From the NCBI RefSeq assembly GCF_009914755.1, contig NC_060941.1: a stretch of 64,000 nt of DNA. One strand, 5' to 3'. Both the position numbers and the translations under genes were made by a program. The notes under the pieces are model-generated. The model was not told the origin of the DNA. It did no database searches and worked only from the letters and a program-made list of their open reading frames with translations. Of the stretch, positions 1 to 25,993 are shown piece after piece. This stretch comes from the human T2T-CHM13v2.0 reference genome, Homo sapiens. The number at the start of each line of letters is the position of its first letter. Within the stretch, counting starts at the first letter, position 1.

Positions 1-741
1 CCAAGATCACACCACTGTACTCCAGCCTGGGCGACAGAGTGAGTGAGACTCCATTTAAAAAAAAAAAAAATTAGCTGAGCACAGTGGTATGCACTTGTAG
101 TTCCAGCTGCTGTGGAGGCTAAGGCAGGAGTCTCATTTAAGCCCAGGAGATTGAGGCTGCAGTAAGCTATGATTGCATCACTTCACTCCCTTCTGGGCAA
201 CAAAGTGACACACTGTCTCTAAAATAAAGAATTAAAAAGCCTACCTTGGCTGAGGAGATCCACCTGGATAGAGCTTGATAGGGAGGAGAGATCTTTGCTT
301 CAATTCAGATGACAGACAAGAATGACTTGCCCCAGGCTGGTGGCAGTGCAGGTGAGGAAGGCTCTATGGGCTCAGGGTGGGTTTTGGAGTTGGAGTGGAC
401 AGGGCTGGCTAATGGATTGGATGTGAGGGATGACAGAAAGAGGGGAGTCTACAGTGATGGGGTAGAGATGGGTTACTATCCGGGTGCAGTCGCTCACACC
501 TGTAATCTCAGCACTTTGGGAGGCCGAGGCGGCCAGATCATGAGGTCAGGAGTTCAAGACCAGCCTGACCAACATGGTTAAACCCCGTCTCTACTAAAAA
601 TACAAAAATGAGCCGGGCATGGTGGTGCGCACCTGTAATCCCACCTACTCAGGAGGCTGAGGCAGGATAATTGCTTGAACCTGGGAGGCAGAAGTTGCAA
701 TGAGCCGAGATCGCGCATGATGGTTCATCCCTATAATCCTA

Positions 742-1512
<771 letters not shown>

Positions 1513-2939
1513 TCAGGAGGCTGAATAGGAGAATCACTTGAACTCAGGAGGCAGAGGCTGTAGTGAGCCGAGATTGCACCACTGCACTCCAGCCTAGGTG
1601 ACAGAGTGAGACTCCATCTCAAAACAAAACTAAACTAAACAAAAAATTAGCCAGATGTGGTGGCATGCACCTATAGTCCCAGCTACTTGGGAAACTGAGG
1701 TAGAAGGATCACTTGAGCCCAGGAGTTCGATACTGCAGGGAGCTATTGATCGCACCACTGCACTCCAGCCCGGGCAGCAGAGTGAGACCCTATCTCTATT
1801 TTTTAATTAATTAATTAACAACAACAAAAAGCAAATGGGCATGGATGCATTTCAATTAAAAAGAAATAGTTGGTGGCTGAGGCCGTGATCTCATCTGAAA
1901 GCTCGACTGGGGAGGATCCACTTTTAAGCTCATGAGTTGTTGGCAGGATCAGTTGCCCACTGGCTGTTGGTCAGAGGCCTCTTCTGGTTCCTGGCCTTGT
2001 GACCCTCTCCAATGGGCAGCTCACAGCCTGGCAGGTGGCTTCCCTCAGAGTGAGCAGAAGAGAGGGCAAGAAAGGGAGTGCATCCAGCTGGGCACAATGG
2101 TTCACACCTGTAATCCCAGCACTTTGGGAGGCTGAGGTGGGTGGGTGAGGTCTGGAGTCCAAAACCAGCCTGACCAACATGGTGAAACCCCATCTTTACT
2201 AAAAATAAAAAATTAGCTGGGCATAGTGGCCCATGCCTGTAATCCCAGCTACTTGGGAGGCTGAGGCAGGAGAATCACTTGAACCGGGAGGTGGAGGTTG
2301 CAGTGAGCAGAGATTGCATAATTGCACTCCAGCCTGGACGACAGAGCAAGACTCCATCTCCAAAAAAAAAAAGGGAGCTCACCCAAGATGAAAGGCATGG
2401 TCTTTTTTGTGACCTAATTTTAGAAGTGACATTGCATCGATTTTGCCACATTCTATGGGCAGGAAGCAAGTCATAGAGTCTAATCACACTAAAGGGTAGG
2501 GCATTAATGCAAGGGCTGGAACATTGAGGGCCATCTTAGAGGCTGTCCCCACACCATGCACGTCAATCCAGTGGCTTCATACCACCCGTACCTGTGACTC
2601 TTTGCCTGACTGCTTTGCTCTAGTGCATGCAGGCAGCCAGAAGTTCTGGAGAATTCATTTTCTCTGCTAGCATACCTCAACTAATAAAGGCTGGGAGTTG
2701 GAGGATAAATACCCCAGCTCCCTCACCCTTTGCATAAGATAACTCTTGGGGTTTGTCCAAGATGAGTTAAGACCTAGATATCGCAGGATAACCTGCTCAT
2801 TTCCACATGACATACTGGCTGCCCTCCCTTCTGCATCTCACCTCCTCCATCCCCTGCCAGCACTCCCTGCAATCACCTTCCAGGTAAACCACTTTTACTC
2901 AAATCAGAGTGTCTCAGGTACACTTCTGAAGCACCCAAC

Positions 2940-4340
<1,401 letters not shown>

Positions 4341-4386
4341 CATCTCCTGCACCAATAGAGGACGATGATGTGTCATTAACTGAGTT

Positions 4387-4800
4387 GGGGAGGACAGAGG
4401 AGGGGGGAGGACAGAGGAGAGGGGAGGACAGAGGAGGGGGGAGGACAGGGGTGAGGACAGAGGGGGAGGATGGGGGGAGGACAGAGGGGGGAGGACAGAG
4501 GAGGGGGGAGGACAGATGGGGAGGACAGAGGGGGGGAGGACAGAGGAGGGGGGAGGACAGAGAAGGCAGGAGGACAGAGGAGGGGGGTGGACAGAGGAGG
4601 GGGGAGGACGGGGGGAGGACAGAGGAGGGAGGAGGATGGAGGAGGGGGGAGGACAGAGGAGCAGGAAGGAGGGGGGGAGGACAGAGGAGGGGGAGGACAG
4701 AGGGGGGAGGACAGAGGAGCGGGGAGGACAGAGGAGGGGGGAAGACAGAGGAGGGGATGGACAGAGGAGTGGGGAGGACGGAGGGGGAGGACAGAGGAGG
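4387..4800. repeat. G-rich minisatellite (VNTR), unit about 17 bp GGGGGAGGACAGAGGAG, roughly 24 degenerate copies
   Basis: Directly visible tandem array with an almost all-purine plus strand. Confidence 0.95.
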
Positions 4801-4912
4801 AAACAGGTCTGGAGTGTGATGAAGAGTCTGCTTCCGGTGTGATACTTGGGTGTACCCACTGGGTTTCCAGCGGAGACATCTGGGGGGCAGGTGAAGGTCA
4901 GCAGAGAGGTGA

Positions 4913-5545
<633 letters not shown>

Positions 5546-5920
5546 TGAGCCACTGTGCCCAGCCTATTTCATTTTATTTTAATCATTTTTTTTCTTGAGA
5601 CAGAATCTCGCTCTGTCACCCAGGCTGGCGAGCAATGGTGCGATCTCGGCTCTTGGCTTTCTCTTCAAGGCTAAGATTGGGAGATGAAGAGGAATCACAG
5701 AAGAGACTAAGAAGTGGTGGCCTTGGAGGTGGGAGGGGAAGCTGGGAGTGCACAGTCCTAGAGGCTGAGAAACGACCATCAGGTTGGGCAGGATGGAGCC
5801 CTTCTAGTGGCTGAGTGGGAACAAAATACTGAAAGGAGAGGATCAGAGAGAGGACGAGAGAAGAGCAGCCGGACCCAGCGATAACTCTTGGGATGTTTTG
5901 CTAGGAAAGGGAGTGTATTC

Positions 5921-7832
<1,912 letters not shown>

Positions 7833-8763
7833 TAATATTTCCTGTGACTGTTGTAACCAATGCCCACAAATTGGGTGGCTTCAGGACAGCAGAAAACAAA
7901 ACAATACAACTATTATATATCAATAAAATATAATTTCAAAACAAAAACCAAAAAACAGACATTTATTTTCTTACAGTTCTGGATCCCTTAAGTCCCAAAT
8001 CAGTATCATTAGCCCCAAGTCAAGGTGGCCCTCTGGAGGCTCTAGGGGAGGATCCTTTCTGCCTCTTCGAGCCTCTGGTGGCTCCCGACATTCCTTGGCT
8101 TGTGGCTGCATCACTCCAGTTTCTGCCACCATTGTCACATGGACTTTTTCCCTGTGTCTCTGTGTCTGGTTCCCTTTTTTTCTTTTTCTTTTCCTTTTTT
8201 TTTTAATTTTTTTGAGACAGAATCTCGCTCTGTCACCCAGCCTAGACTGAAGCGGTGCAATCATGGCTCACTGCAGCCTCGACCTCCTAGGCTCAAGTGA
8301 TCCTCCCACCTCAGCCTCCTGAGTAGCTGGGACTACAGGCACACACCACCAAGCCCCACTAATTTTTAAAAACTTTTTTCTAAAGACAGGGGTCTCACTA
8401 TGTTGCTCAGGCTGATCTCAAACTCCTGGGCTCAAGTGATCCTCCCAACTCAGCCTCCCAAGGCTCTGGGATTACAGGTGTGAGTCATGGTGGCCTCTCT
8501 ATTCTTTTCTGATGACATTTTTTCTTTCTTTCTTTTTTTTTCCCCTCTTGCTCTGTCACCAACGCTGGAATGCAGTGGCATGATCTTGGCTCACTGCAGT
8601 CTCTGCCTCCCCAACTCAAGTGATCTGATCTTCCCACCTCAGTCTTTCAGGTAGTTGGGACTATGGACGCCCGCCACCACACCCGGCTAATTTTTGTATT
8701 TTTAGTAGAGACAGGGTTTCACCACGTTGGTCAGGCTGGTCTTGAACTCCTGACCTCCGGTGA

Positions 8764-8865
<102 letters not shown>

Positions 8866-9040
8866 TGATCTCATGTCAGGATTCTTCACATAAATACAAC
8901 TTCAAAGACCCTTTGTCCAAATAAGATCACACTTACAGGCTCTGGGGGTTAGGATATGAACGTACATTTTTGGAGGACTGTCATTCAACCAACTATAGGG
9001 AGGAAAGGGATGGGGCTGGGGTGGGGAGGTGACTTGGTGA

Positions 9041-9262
<222 letters not shown>

Positions 9263-9724
9263 TAGCTGATTTTTGCATTTTTAGTAGGGATGGGGTTTTT
9301 GGCATGTTGCCCAGGCTGGTCTTAAACTCCTGAGCTCAAAGCAATCTGCTCACTTTGGCCTCCTAAAGTGCTGAGATTACAGGTGTGCACCACCATGCCT
9401 GGCCAATATGTGTTGAAATCTTAACCCCCGAGGTCGTGGTGTTAAGAATTGGGGCCTATGGGAGGTGAGGAGGGTGGAGACCTCATGAATGGGACCTGTG
9501 CCTTTACACAAGAGGCTGGAGAGAGACCTCATGCCCCGTGAGATTAGAGGGCGAGAACGCTAACATCTTTGTCTATAAAGAGAGCCTGGCTGGGCGTGGT
9601 GGCTCATGCCCGTAATCCCAGCACTTTGGGAGGCCAAGGCAGGCAGATTACCTGAGGCCAGGAGTTTGAGACCAGCCAGTTCACCCATAGTGAAACCCTG
9701 TCCCTACTAAAAATACAAAAATTA

Positions 9725-9937
<213 letters not shown>

Positions 9938-10184
9938 TCAAGTTTCTGGCCACTCCCCACGCCATTCCCCAGGACCCCAGCATCCCCTGCCCCCACTATC
10001 CTTGGCTCCATGACTGTTCTCCCAGGTCAGAGCCCGCATCACACTCTTTCAACCTCCAGAAGTTTGATAAGGAAGTCTCTCTACCTGATTGGCCTTCCCT
10101 CCCACAACTCCCTCTGTCTGCCTATCCTTAAAGTAGCAGCCAGGGTGACCCTTCTGAAGGGGGCTTGGGTTATGCCAAGATCTC

Positions 10185-10250
10185 TTCTTCCTTCCCCTCC
10201 CCTCCCCTCCTCTTCCCTCCCCTCCCCTCCCCTCCCCTTTCCTTCCCTTC
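10185..10250. repeat. (CCCCT/CCTT)n polypyrimidine simple repeat at an Alu tail
   Basis: Directly visible. Confidence 0.8.
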
Positions 10251-10715
10251 TCTTCTGACAGAGTCTCACTCTGTCCCTCAGGCTGAAATGCAGTGGCACA
10301 ATCTTGGCTCACTCCAACCCCCGCCTCCCAGGTTCAAGGAATTCTCCTGCCTCCTCCTGAGTAGCTGGCATTACAGGCATGAGCCACCACACCCGGCTAA
10401 TTTTTGTATTTTTGGTAGAGACGGGGTTTCACCATGTTGGCCAGGTTGGTCTCGAACTCCTGGCCTCAAGTGATCCACCCACTTCGGCCACCCAAAGTGC
10501 TGGGATTACAGGCATGAAACACCATGCCCAGCCTTCTTTTCTTTTTGAGATGGGACCTTTTTCAGTGGCCCAGGCTGGAGTACAATGGCATGATCATAGC
10601 TCACTGCAGCCTCAAATTCTTAGGTCCAAGTGATCCTCTTGCCTCAGCCTCCCAAGTAGCTGGGACTAGAAGGCATGTGCCACCACGCCCAGCTAATTTT
10701 TAAAATTTTTTTTAG

Positions 10716-10901
<186 letters not shown>

Positions 10902-11260
10902 TAATTACCTAGTTTGGCAGAGTGATGTCTTAATGTTGCTCTCTCTGCTTCTAGAATGTGAGCCCCCAGAGAGGTCAGGGCCTGGGAGATTTATTCATTT
11001 ACATATCCCACGCACCTAGTCAGGCATAGCACACAGTAAGTACTTAATATATGTGCCCAGGAGGTTTTCAAATGAATCCCTTTCGGCCAGGCACGGTGGC
11101 TCACGCCTGTAATCCCAGCACTTTGGGAGGCCAAGGTGGGTAGATCACTTGAGGTCAGGAGTTCACGATCAGCCCGGCCAATATGGCGAAACTCTGTCTC
11201 TACTAAAAATACAAAATTTAGCCGGGCATGCTGGCGGGCGCCTGTAATCCCAGCTACTCA

Positions 11261-11761
<501 letters not shown>

Positions 11762-12709
11762 TCAGAGGAAGAACAGATGGGTGTTTTTTTCCTCCCCTTT
11801 CTCCCCCTTGCTTGGGCTCGGAGTCAGGAATCTATGTCAGCCGTGGGTTTGTTCTTGGTGTGATAGGGTGATTCTGGGGAGACAGAGGCCCAGCCAGGCT
11901 GCTGGGTCCCAGGGAGCAAGGGGTGGCTTGTGAGCCACTGAGGACCCCCGCTCCGCATCCTCCATCCTCCTCCCCACCGGCTCTGTCTCCTGGGCCTGTA
12001 GGCTGCCGATCTGAGCCCCATCCCCCATCCTGCTATTTTAATTTTTACATTTTCTCATCACCCCCTGGAATTACCGTCTCTCCTTATTTCCTTCCTCCTT
12101 CACAGTCTTTTTCCTTGAAGGCAGGGCCATGTCTGTCCTGTTCGTCGTTGCATCCTTAGTGCATTGAACACATAGCAGTGGCTCCCATATCTGCAGACAA
12201 CCACTAACCCTCTGCCACATTCCCACCATCACGCCTGCCATCCTATCCTAACCTTACTAAGGACACCTTCCCCCACTCGCCGGCGGGCTGTGAGCGCGCT
12301 GGAAGACGGGGGCTGTTTAGTTTGTTTCCTTCATGGATGGATCTACTGTCCCTCCACCCCCAAAGAAAGCCTGATTCACAGCTTTCTGGGTGTTGGGATT
12401 GGGGGATGGGGACAGACAGGCATGACTGAGTCATTCAGCTGTTTAAAAGCTATCACTGACTTCTTCAAAATTGAAAAATGTTATCGTGGCTCCAACCTAG
12501 ACCCAAAACACCTGTTCAGTTTAAACCACCCCACCCCCGCCCCGCGCCTGCCCCCACAAACATGCTGGCACCCGCCTAGGCACCACCTAGTCAAACCCCC
12601 TGGCCCATGTGGTCCCCAACTCACCCATGATGCTTTGCATCGCCTTCACCAAATGCCCCGCCCCTCCCTCTGTGTCCACCCCAGAGCTGAATCCAGCCCA
12701 CAGATGTAA

Positions 12710-13087
<378 letters not shown>

Positions 13088-13668
13088 ATGACTTGCTAGC
13101 TTTTAAATATAGGCTGCTTTTTCATTGTTGTTGTTGTTGTTGTTGTTTTAGAGATGGCGTCTCGCTGTGTCGCCCAGGCTGTAGTGCAGTGGTGTGATCT
13201 CTGCTCACTGCAAACCTCCGCCTCCTAGGTTCAAGCGATTCTCCTGCCTCAGCCTCCCAAGTAGCTGGGATCACAGGCGAAGGCCACCAGGCCCAGCTAA
13301 TTTTTTTCTATTTTTAGTAGAGACAGGGTTTCACCATGTTGGTCAGGCGGCCTTGAGCTCTTGAACTCAAGTGATTCGCCCCCCTCAGCCTCCCAAAGTG
13401 CTGGGATTACAGGCTTGAGCCACCAGTGCCAGACCTCATGTGATTTTTGCATAAAAATCTGGATGCCTGACTTCTCCTAAAGACGAAACCTTGTCTGGGC
13501 GTGGTGGCTCATGCCTGTAATCCCAGCACTTTGGGAGGCCTAGATGGGCAGATCACCTGAGGTCAGGAGTTCGAGACCAGCCTGGCCAACATGGCGAAAC
13601 CTTGTCTCTACTAAAAATGCAAAAATTAGCCAGGTGTGGTGGCACGTGCTTGTAATCCCAGCTACTCA

Positions 13669-13824
<156 letters not shown>

Positions 13825-14982
13825 TCATGCTATATAAGGAACAGGCTTAGCAAGTGCTGATAAATGTTACTCATTCTTATCATTATTTGCCATAGTCTCA
13901 ACCTTCCTTACTGTGTCCCTGACACTGAAGTTGTTCCATTGCTGGTGCAGTCAGTCTTTTTATCTTGGCTGCTTGGCATATTTATATTACCTACTGTCTG
14001 TCCCTGTAGGTTTGTGGCATGCTTCAGCTCAGTTCTGGGTCATCACCTCTGCTATAAAGAGGTTCCCCAGTCTGGGCACAGTGGCTCAAGCCTGTAATCT
14101 CAGCACTTTGGGAGGCCAAGACAGGAGGATCGCTTGAAGCCAGGAGCTCAAGACTAGCCTGGGCAACATAGTGACACCCCATCTCTACAAAAAATAAGTA
14201 AATAATTAGCTGTGCATGGTAGCATGTGCCTGTAGTCCCAGCTACTCGGGAGGCTGAGGCAGGAGGATCGCTTTAACCCAGGAGGTCGACTGCACCACTG
14301 CATTCTAGCCTAGGTGACGAAGAGAGGCCCTGTCTAAAAAAAAAAGAAAGAAAAAAAGGCTCTCTGGTCTTCCACCTCACTGCCCATCCGTTTCTCAACA
14401 CTCCCCATTTTCGAGTTTCCCTCCCCCTCCACTGTACCGCGGGCCCCTCCAGATGCTTCATCAAGTGCTCGTGGAATTGGATATCAGGGCCTGTGTTCAT
14501 TTCCTGGGGCTGCTGAAATACATTACCATAAACTAGGTGGCTGGAAACAACAAGAATTTATTATTTCACCATTCCGGAGGCCAGAGGTTGCAATCAGGGT
14601 GGTGCAGGGCTGCAATCCCTCCGAAAGCACTAGGTGAGGATTCGTCCTTTCTTCTTCCAGCCTCTGATGGTTCCTTGCTTGTGTCTGTACTGCTGCAAGC
14701 CCTGCCTGTCTTCACTTGGCCTTCTTCTCTGTGTCTAACCCCCTTCTCTTCTAAGGTCATTTATCATTGGATTTCGGGCCACCCTAATCCAGGATGATCT
14801 CATTGCAAAATCCTTAACTTAATTACATCTGCAAAAACGCTTTGTCCAAATAAGGTCACCGCTATGGTTTGAATGTCTGTGTCCCTTCCAAATCCATATG
14901 TTGGAAGAGTTGGGGTTCTTGGGAGGTGATTAGGCCAAGAGGGCCCCATTCTCATGGGTGAGATTATTGCCCTTATAATTGA

Positions 14983-16210
<1,228 letters not shown>

Positions 16211-16463
16211 GGCCAGGCACAGTGGCATACGCCTGTAATCCCAGCAATTTGGGAGGCCGAGGCAGACGGATCACTTGAGCTCACTAGTTCGATACCAGCC
16301 TGGACAACATGACAAACCCCATCTCTACAAAAAATACAAAAATTGGCTGGGTGCGGTGGCTCACGCCTGTAATCTCTGCACTTTGGGAGGTCGAGGCGGG
16401 TGGATCACGAGGTCAGGAGATCAAGACCATCCTGGCCAACATGGTGAAACCCTGTCTCTATTA

Positions 16464-17002
<539 letters not shown>

Positions 17003-17443
17003 TCAGGAGGCTGAGGCAGGAAAATCGCTTGAACCTGGGGGGTGGAGTGGGCTCTCACCAGACACCAAATCTGCTGGTGCCTTGATCTTGGACTTCCTGG
17101 CCTCCAGAACTGTAAGCAATACATTTCTACTGGCTGGGTGCAGTGGCTCACACATGCAATCCCAGCACTTTGGGAGGCCAAGGTGGGCAGATCACCTGAG
17201 GTCAGGAGTTCCAGACCAGCCTGGCCAACATGGCAAAACCTCGTCTCTACTAAAAGTACAAAAATTAGCTGGGCGTGGTGGCGGTTGCCTATAATCCCAG
17301 CTACTTGGGAGGTTGAGACAGGAGAATTGCTTGAATCCGGGAGACCGAGGTTGCAGCGAGCCAAGATCGCGTCACTGCACTCCAGCCTGGGTGACAGAGT
17401 GAGACTCTGCCTCAAAAAAAAAAGAAAAAGAAAAAATTCTATT

Positions 17444-17820
17444 ACAGTTGACTTTTGAACAACATGGGCTTGAGCCATAACTGCCTGAGTCCCCTTGTAA
17501 GTGGATGTTCTTCCGCCTCTGCCACCCCTGAGACAGCCCCTCTTCTTCCTCTTCCTCCTCAGCCTATTCCATCGGAAGACTCGTGGATGAAGACGGTTAT
17601 GATAATCCACTTCCACTTCATGAATAGTAAACACATTTTCTCTTTCTCATGATTTTCATAACATTTCTTTTCTCTAGCTTACTTTATTCTAAGAATATTG
17701 TGTGTAATATATAGAACATACAGAATACGAGTTCATGGATTGTTTATGTCATTGGTAAGGCTTTTGATCAACCATAGGCTATCAGTGGTTAAGTTTTTGG
17801 GAAGTCCAAAGTTATATGCA
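17444..17820 (+). mobile_element. Tigger2a/MER28 DNA transposon fossil, 3'-truncated
   Basis: cagttgacttttgaacaacatggg...tccgcctctgccacccctgagacag...ccacttccacttcatgaatagtaaa matches the Tigger2a consensus as I recall it. Confidence 0.8.
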
Positions 17821-18006
17821 GGCCAGGTGCGGTGGCTCACGCCTATAATCCCAGCACTTTGTGAGGCTGAGGCAGGAGGATCACTTGAGCCAGGAGTTCA
17901 AGACCACCTTGGGCAACATAGCGAAACCCTATCTCTACAAAAAATATGAAAGTTAGCTGGGTGTGGTGGTGTGTGCCTGTGGTCCCAGCTACTCGGGAGG
18001 CCTTAA

Positions 18007-18770
<764 letters not shown>

Positions 18771-19340
18771 TAGGGGCAAATGCCACCCCGTCCGCCCTTT
18801 GTTACCAGGGAGGCCGAACCCACCTCTCTTCACACTGCAGAAGAACTCGGGTGGGCGCCCCCACTTTCCCGCAAGCTCGCAGAGAGCATCCTCCGCCCAC
18901 CCGGCAAGCACCACTTCATCACGCCACCGCCAGGGTGTCAGGCGGGGCTGAGCGGTTGTCATTTCTCTCTAACCCGTCAGAACTCTGCACTTCCTTGACA
19001 GTTCGCTGGCTGGCCTCCGACCCGTAGCTGATTTCTTTCCAGGGCTGGCAGGTTGGGTTAAGAGGGAGCGCTCCCCTGAGCCGAGACTTACTTTCTTTTG
19101 CCTCCAAGTTGCTTCATCCCCCACCCTTCACCAAGAACGCCCACAACTCCTGGATGGTGCATTACCCTCCCACCCCTCCACCCCGTCCCCTTCCTTTCCC
19201 TCCATTCCCAAATGACGGCAGCCCTGGGGCCAAACTGGCCCCAGATGTGTTGTTTGGCCTGTATGGTTAACTCCTTGTTTTTAAAAAATTCCTTTTTAAA
19301 AAAAAATTAAAAAAAAATTTTAAATTCCTTTTTGGAATAA

Positions 19341-19901
<561 letters not shown>

Positions 19902-20676
19902 TCAAGCAATCCTCCCACCTCTGCTTCTCAAAGTGTTTGTTAGGATTACAGGCATGAGCCACTGTGCCCAGCCAAGATTAATCGTACATTTTTTTGTTTT
20001 TGTTTTTTGAGACAGAGTCTTGCTGCGACACCCAGGCTGGAGTGCAGTGGTGTGATATTTGCTCATTGCAACCTCTGCCTCCTGGGTTCAAGTGATTCTC
20101 TTGCCTCAGCTTTCTGAGTAGCTGCGACTAGAGGTGTGCACCACCATGCCTGGCTAATTTTTGTATATTTAGTAGAGATAGGGTTTCACCATATTGGCCA
20201 GAATGGTCTTGAACTCCTGATCTCAAGTGATCTGCCCGCCTCGGCCTCCCAAAGTGCTGGGATTACAGGCATGAGTCACTGTGCCTGGCCCCAATTGTAC
20301 ATTTTAAAATGTACAATTCACTGGACTTTTGTATACTAAAAGAGTTGTGCAACTATCACGTCTAATTACAGAACATTTCCATCACCCCCAAAAGAAGCCC
20401 TATCCCCACTAGCAGTCAATCTCCATTCCCCATCCCCCATCCCCTGGCAATCACCAATCTGTTTCTGTCTCTATGTGTTTATCTGTTTTGGGCATTTCAT
20501 ATAAAGGAAATTATATACTATGTGACCCTCTGTGTCTGGCTTCTTTCACTTTTCCAAATGTTTTCAAGGGTCATCCATGTTGTAGAGTTAATGCCTTTAT
20601 GGTGAAACACATAAATCTTAGGGGCACAGGTCTGTGGATTTTTGAAATACATTTCACCCTTATCACTGTCACCTAG

Positions 20677-21260
<584 letters not shown>

Positions 21261-23640
21261 GGGCTTCCCCAACTCTTTTCATAGGTTACTTCTGCCTGGC
21301 CTTGAACAATACAGGAATGAAATCACTCAGGGTATTCTCTTTGTTATCTTGCTTCTCCTACTGAACATTATGTCTCTGGTATTCATCCATGCTGTGAATG
21401 CATCAGTAGTTTATTCTTTTTCATTGCTGCGTTATATTCCATTATATGAATGTCCTCCCATTTCTTTTCCATTTGCCAGTCGATGGTCAACTTAAGGGGT
21501 GTCTGGTGTTTGGCGATCATGAATGAAGCTGCTAGGCACATCCATGGATGTGTCTTTAGGTGAACCTAAGCTCCTGTTCCCACTGGGAATCAACCCAGGA
21601 ATGGAATTGCTGGGTCGTAGCAATTTAACTTTAGTAGATCCCCATGGGATATTTAAAGCTCAGGGAATTTTGTGCAACAACTGTGATTTCTGGCTTCTCT
21701 TGAAGAAGCTATTCTGGCAACATTGAGCCTGAGTTCCCACGTGGTAGCGCACAGCTGGAGCTGAGTGGTAGCAAGCGGGTGCCCATGGAAAAGGGGGGGG
21801 TGGTGCAACTTCAGCTACCCTGTCCTTCACCACTGCCTCACACCTGCCCAAATTCTGCATTTTCATTCCCTGGTCAGCATTTGGCTTTGTGTCCCCTGAA
21901 ATGAGCTCATGCAAGGTTAGGAGTCACCTTCTACCTTCCCATGGCCATCACCTCTACCTCTCTGGGACCCACCTATAACCCCTCACTCCTATTCCCAACC
22001 CCCTTCCCAACCTATCTCCATTCCACAGAGCCTGCAAGCCCCCACATCCACCTTAATCCCAAACACAGGATCCCTTTAGAGCTGGCAGGCATTTCTGGGT
22101 TGCCGCAGACCCCACCACTCCCTATCACACTATTGCAGCTTGGATACTGCCGGCTTTTTTCTTGGTAACAGCCTCAGAGCCTCCATATGAGTGGTCGTCT
22201 CTGCCCAGATCACCATGAGGGGGACTGCTATTTAAAGCCAGCAGGTCCCTGCCTCAGTTTACCTGTCACTTCCCCAGGGCTGGGAAGCCTTCTTTGTGCC
22301 GGGACTGGCCAGTGCCGGGACTGGATCTGTCTCATTCATTGCTGTTTTACCACTCAATTCATTACACAATGAATCCTGGCCCTGAGGCTTGAAGGAGAGA
22401 GAGGCAGAGTCAGTGCCAGGTTGAATAAGCCACTTACTGGCCACACGTTCTGCAGAAGCTAGCTGGTGAACTTGCCAGGCACATCGCACTCCTCAAAGGG
22501 GGAGTCCCTCCCCGTTGCTGGTCCGAGGGATCTGGGTCTGAGAAATCCCTCTTCCTCCCCAGAACACACTGGCCAAGTCCAAGTCCAGCAAAGCTTAGGG
22601 CTTCTTCCCTGGGATCCTCAACCCCACAGGCCAATCCCACCCCTCAATCGTCCCGGTCTTTTCCATGCATGGTCCAAATTTCCTCCAGTGGAGCCACCAG
22701 GGCAAGGCCTTCCGCCTGCCAGACTTTCCCGGACTCCCCAGTTTATCACCCATCTTCCCGCACCTCCCTCAACCCTCCGCTCCTCTCTCCCTAACACCGG
22801 GCTGTCTCCTCACCTTCTCACACCTCCCAACCTCCCTACGCATTTTTCCCTTCCTTTAAGCAGTCCCCATCTCAAACACGCTCAGCTCTCTCCCTTCACC
22901 CCCACTTTGTCCCCTCACACCCCAACTCCCCCAGCTCTGCGCTCTTCACCCCCCTCCCTTCCCCGGGCTGCCCCTCCTGAGCACCTGGGAAGAAGAGGCG
23001 GGGCCCCCTCACCTGGCGGCCGCAGAGCAGCGGGGAAACGGCCCCTAGCGGCCGGGGAAGGAAGCGCAGCCCAGCCGGGCTCCCCTTCCAGCTGGTGCCT
23101 AACTAGGAATCCGCCTCCACTTAAACGCCCGCCTGCTGCTCAGGCTGGAACCCGGCGGCTTCCGGGATTCTCGCTTTCCTCCACTCCCCCGCTTTCTCCT
23201 GAGCGCCTACTGTGTGCCAGGATCTGTCCTAGGCTCCGGGTAGACAGCAGTGAACAAGAAACAAACATCCCTGGACTGGGGAGTTGGTATTCTAGTGAGG
23301 GAGATAGATAAATGAATGAAAACGAAACTAGGTCAGGATATGCTGTGGGGACTAGGAGTTCGAGACCAGCCTGGACAACATAGTGAGACCCCCCCCCCCC
23401 AGTCTCTGGGACTGGAGAGAGATAAAGGGGAGAGGAGATCAAGGGAGTGAGGAGGGTGGGGGTGTTTGCAGTTTTCTTTTTTCTTTTTTTTGAGACAGAG
23501 TCTTGCTCTGTCGCCCAGGCTGGAGTGCAGAGGTGTGATCTCGGCTCACTGCAACCTCCACCTCCCGGGTTAGAGCGACTCTTGTGCCTCAGCCTCCTAA
23601 GTAGCCGGGATTACAGGCATGTGCCACCACACCCAGCTAA

Positions 23641-23970
<330 letters not shown>

Positions 23971-24193
23971 TGTGTTTTGCATTTTCAATAGAGTGGTCAG
24001 GAGGTAACATATAAGCAGAGTTCAAGGAGGGTGCAAAGTAAGGGGTCCTGTTGACTCTGCCCCTAAGACATGCCGAAAACCTAACGTTTTCCCCCAGCAT
24101 CCCGTTCTGGGCCTCCATCACCTGCCTCTCACCTGCATGACAGTGGTGATCACCTCACGAATCTCCTGGGTCCCTCTCAAATTGACTATATAA

Positions 24194-24370
<177 letters not shown>

Positions 24371-24848
24371 TTAAGAGATAGGAGTATCGCTCGGTCACCC
24401 AGGCTGGAGTGCAGTGTTGCAGTCATAGCTCACTGCAGTCTCTAACTCCCAGGCTCAAGTGATCCTCCCACTTCAGCCTCCCAGGTAACTGGGATTACAG
24501 GAGCACACCAGCATTCCTATCATTTTCTTTCCTTCCTTCCTCCCTTCCTTCTTATCTTCCTTCCTTCCTTTTTTTTTTTTTTTTTTTTTGGCATCTCACT
24601 CTATTGCCCAGGCTGGACTGCAGTGGTGCGATCTCAGCTCACTGCAACCTCTGCCCCTGGGTTCAAGTGATTCTCCTGCCTCAGCCTCTGGAGTACCTGG
24701 GACTATGGGCACGTGCCACCACGCCCGGCTTTTTTTGTATTTTTAGTAGAGATGGGGTTTCTCCGTGTTGGCCAGGCTGGTCTCAAACTCCTGGCCTCAA
24801 ATGATTTGCCAGCCTCTATCTCCCAAAGTGCCAGGATTACAGGTGTAA

Positions 24849-25993
<1,145 letters not shown>

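Noticed and set aside
22466-23311. 281-aa Pro/Ser-rich ORF
   Set aside because: Non-ATG start, C-rich low-complexity sequence, no family resemblance and no evident exon structure.
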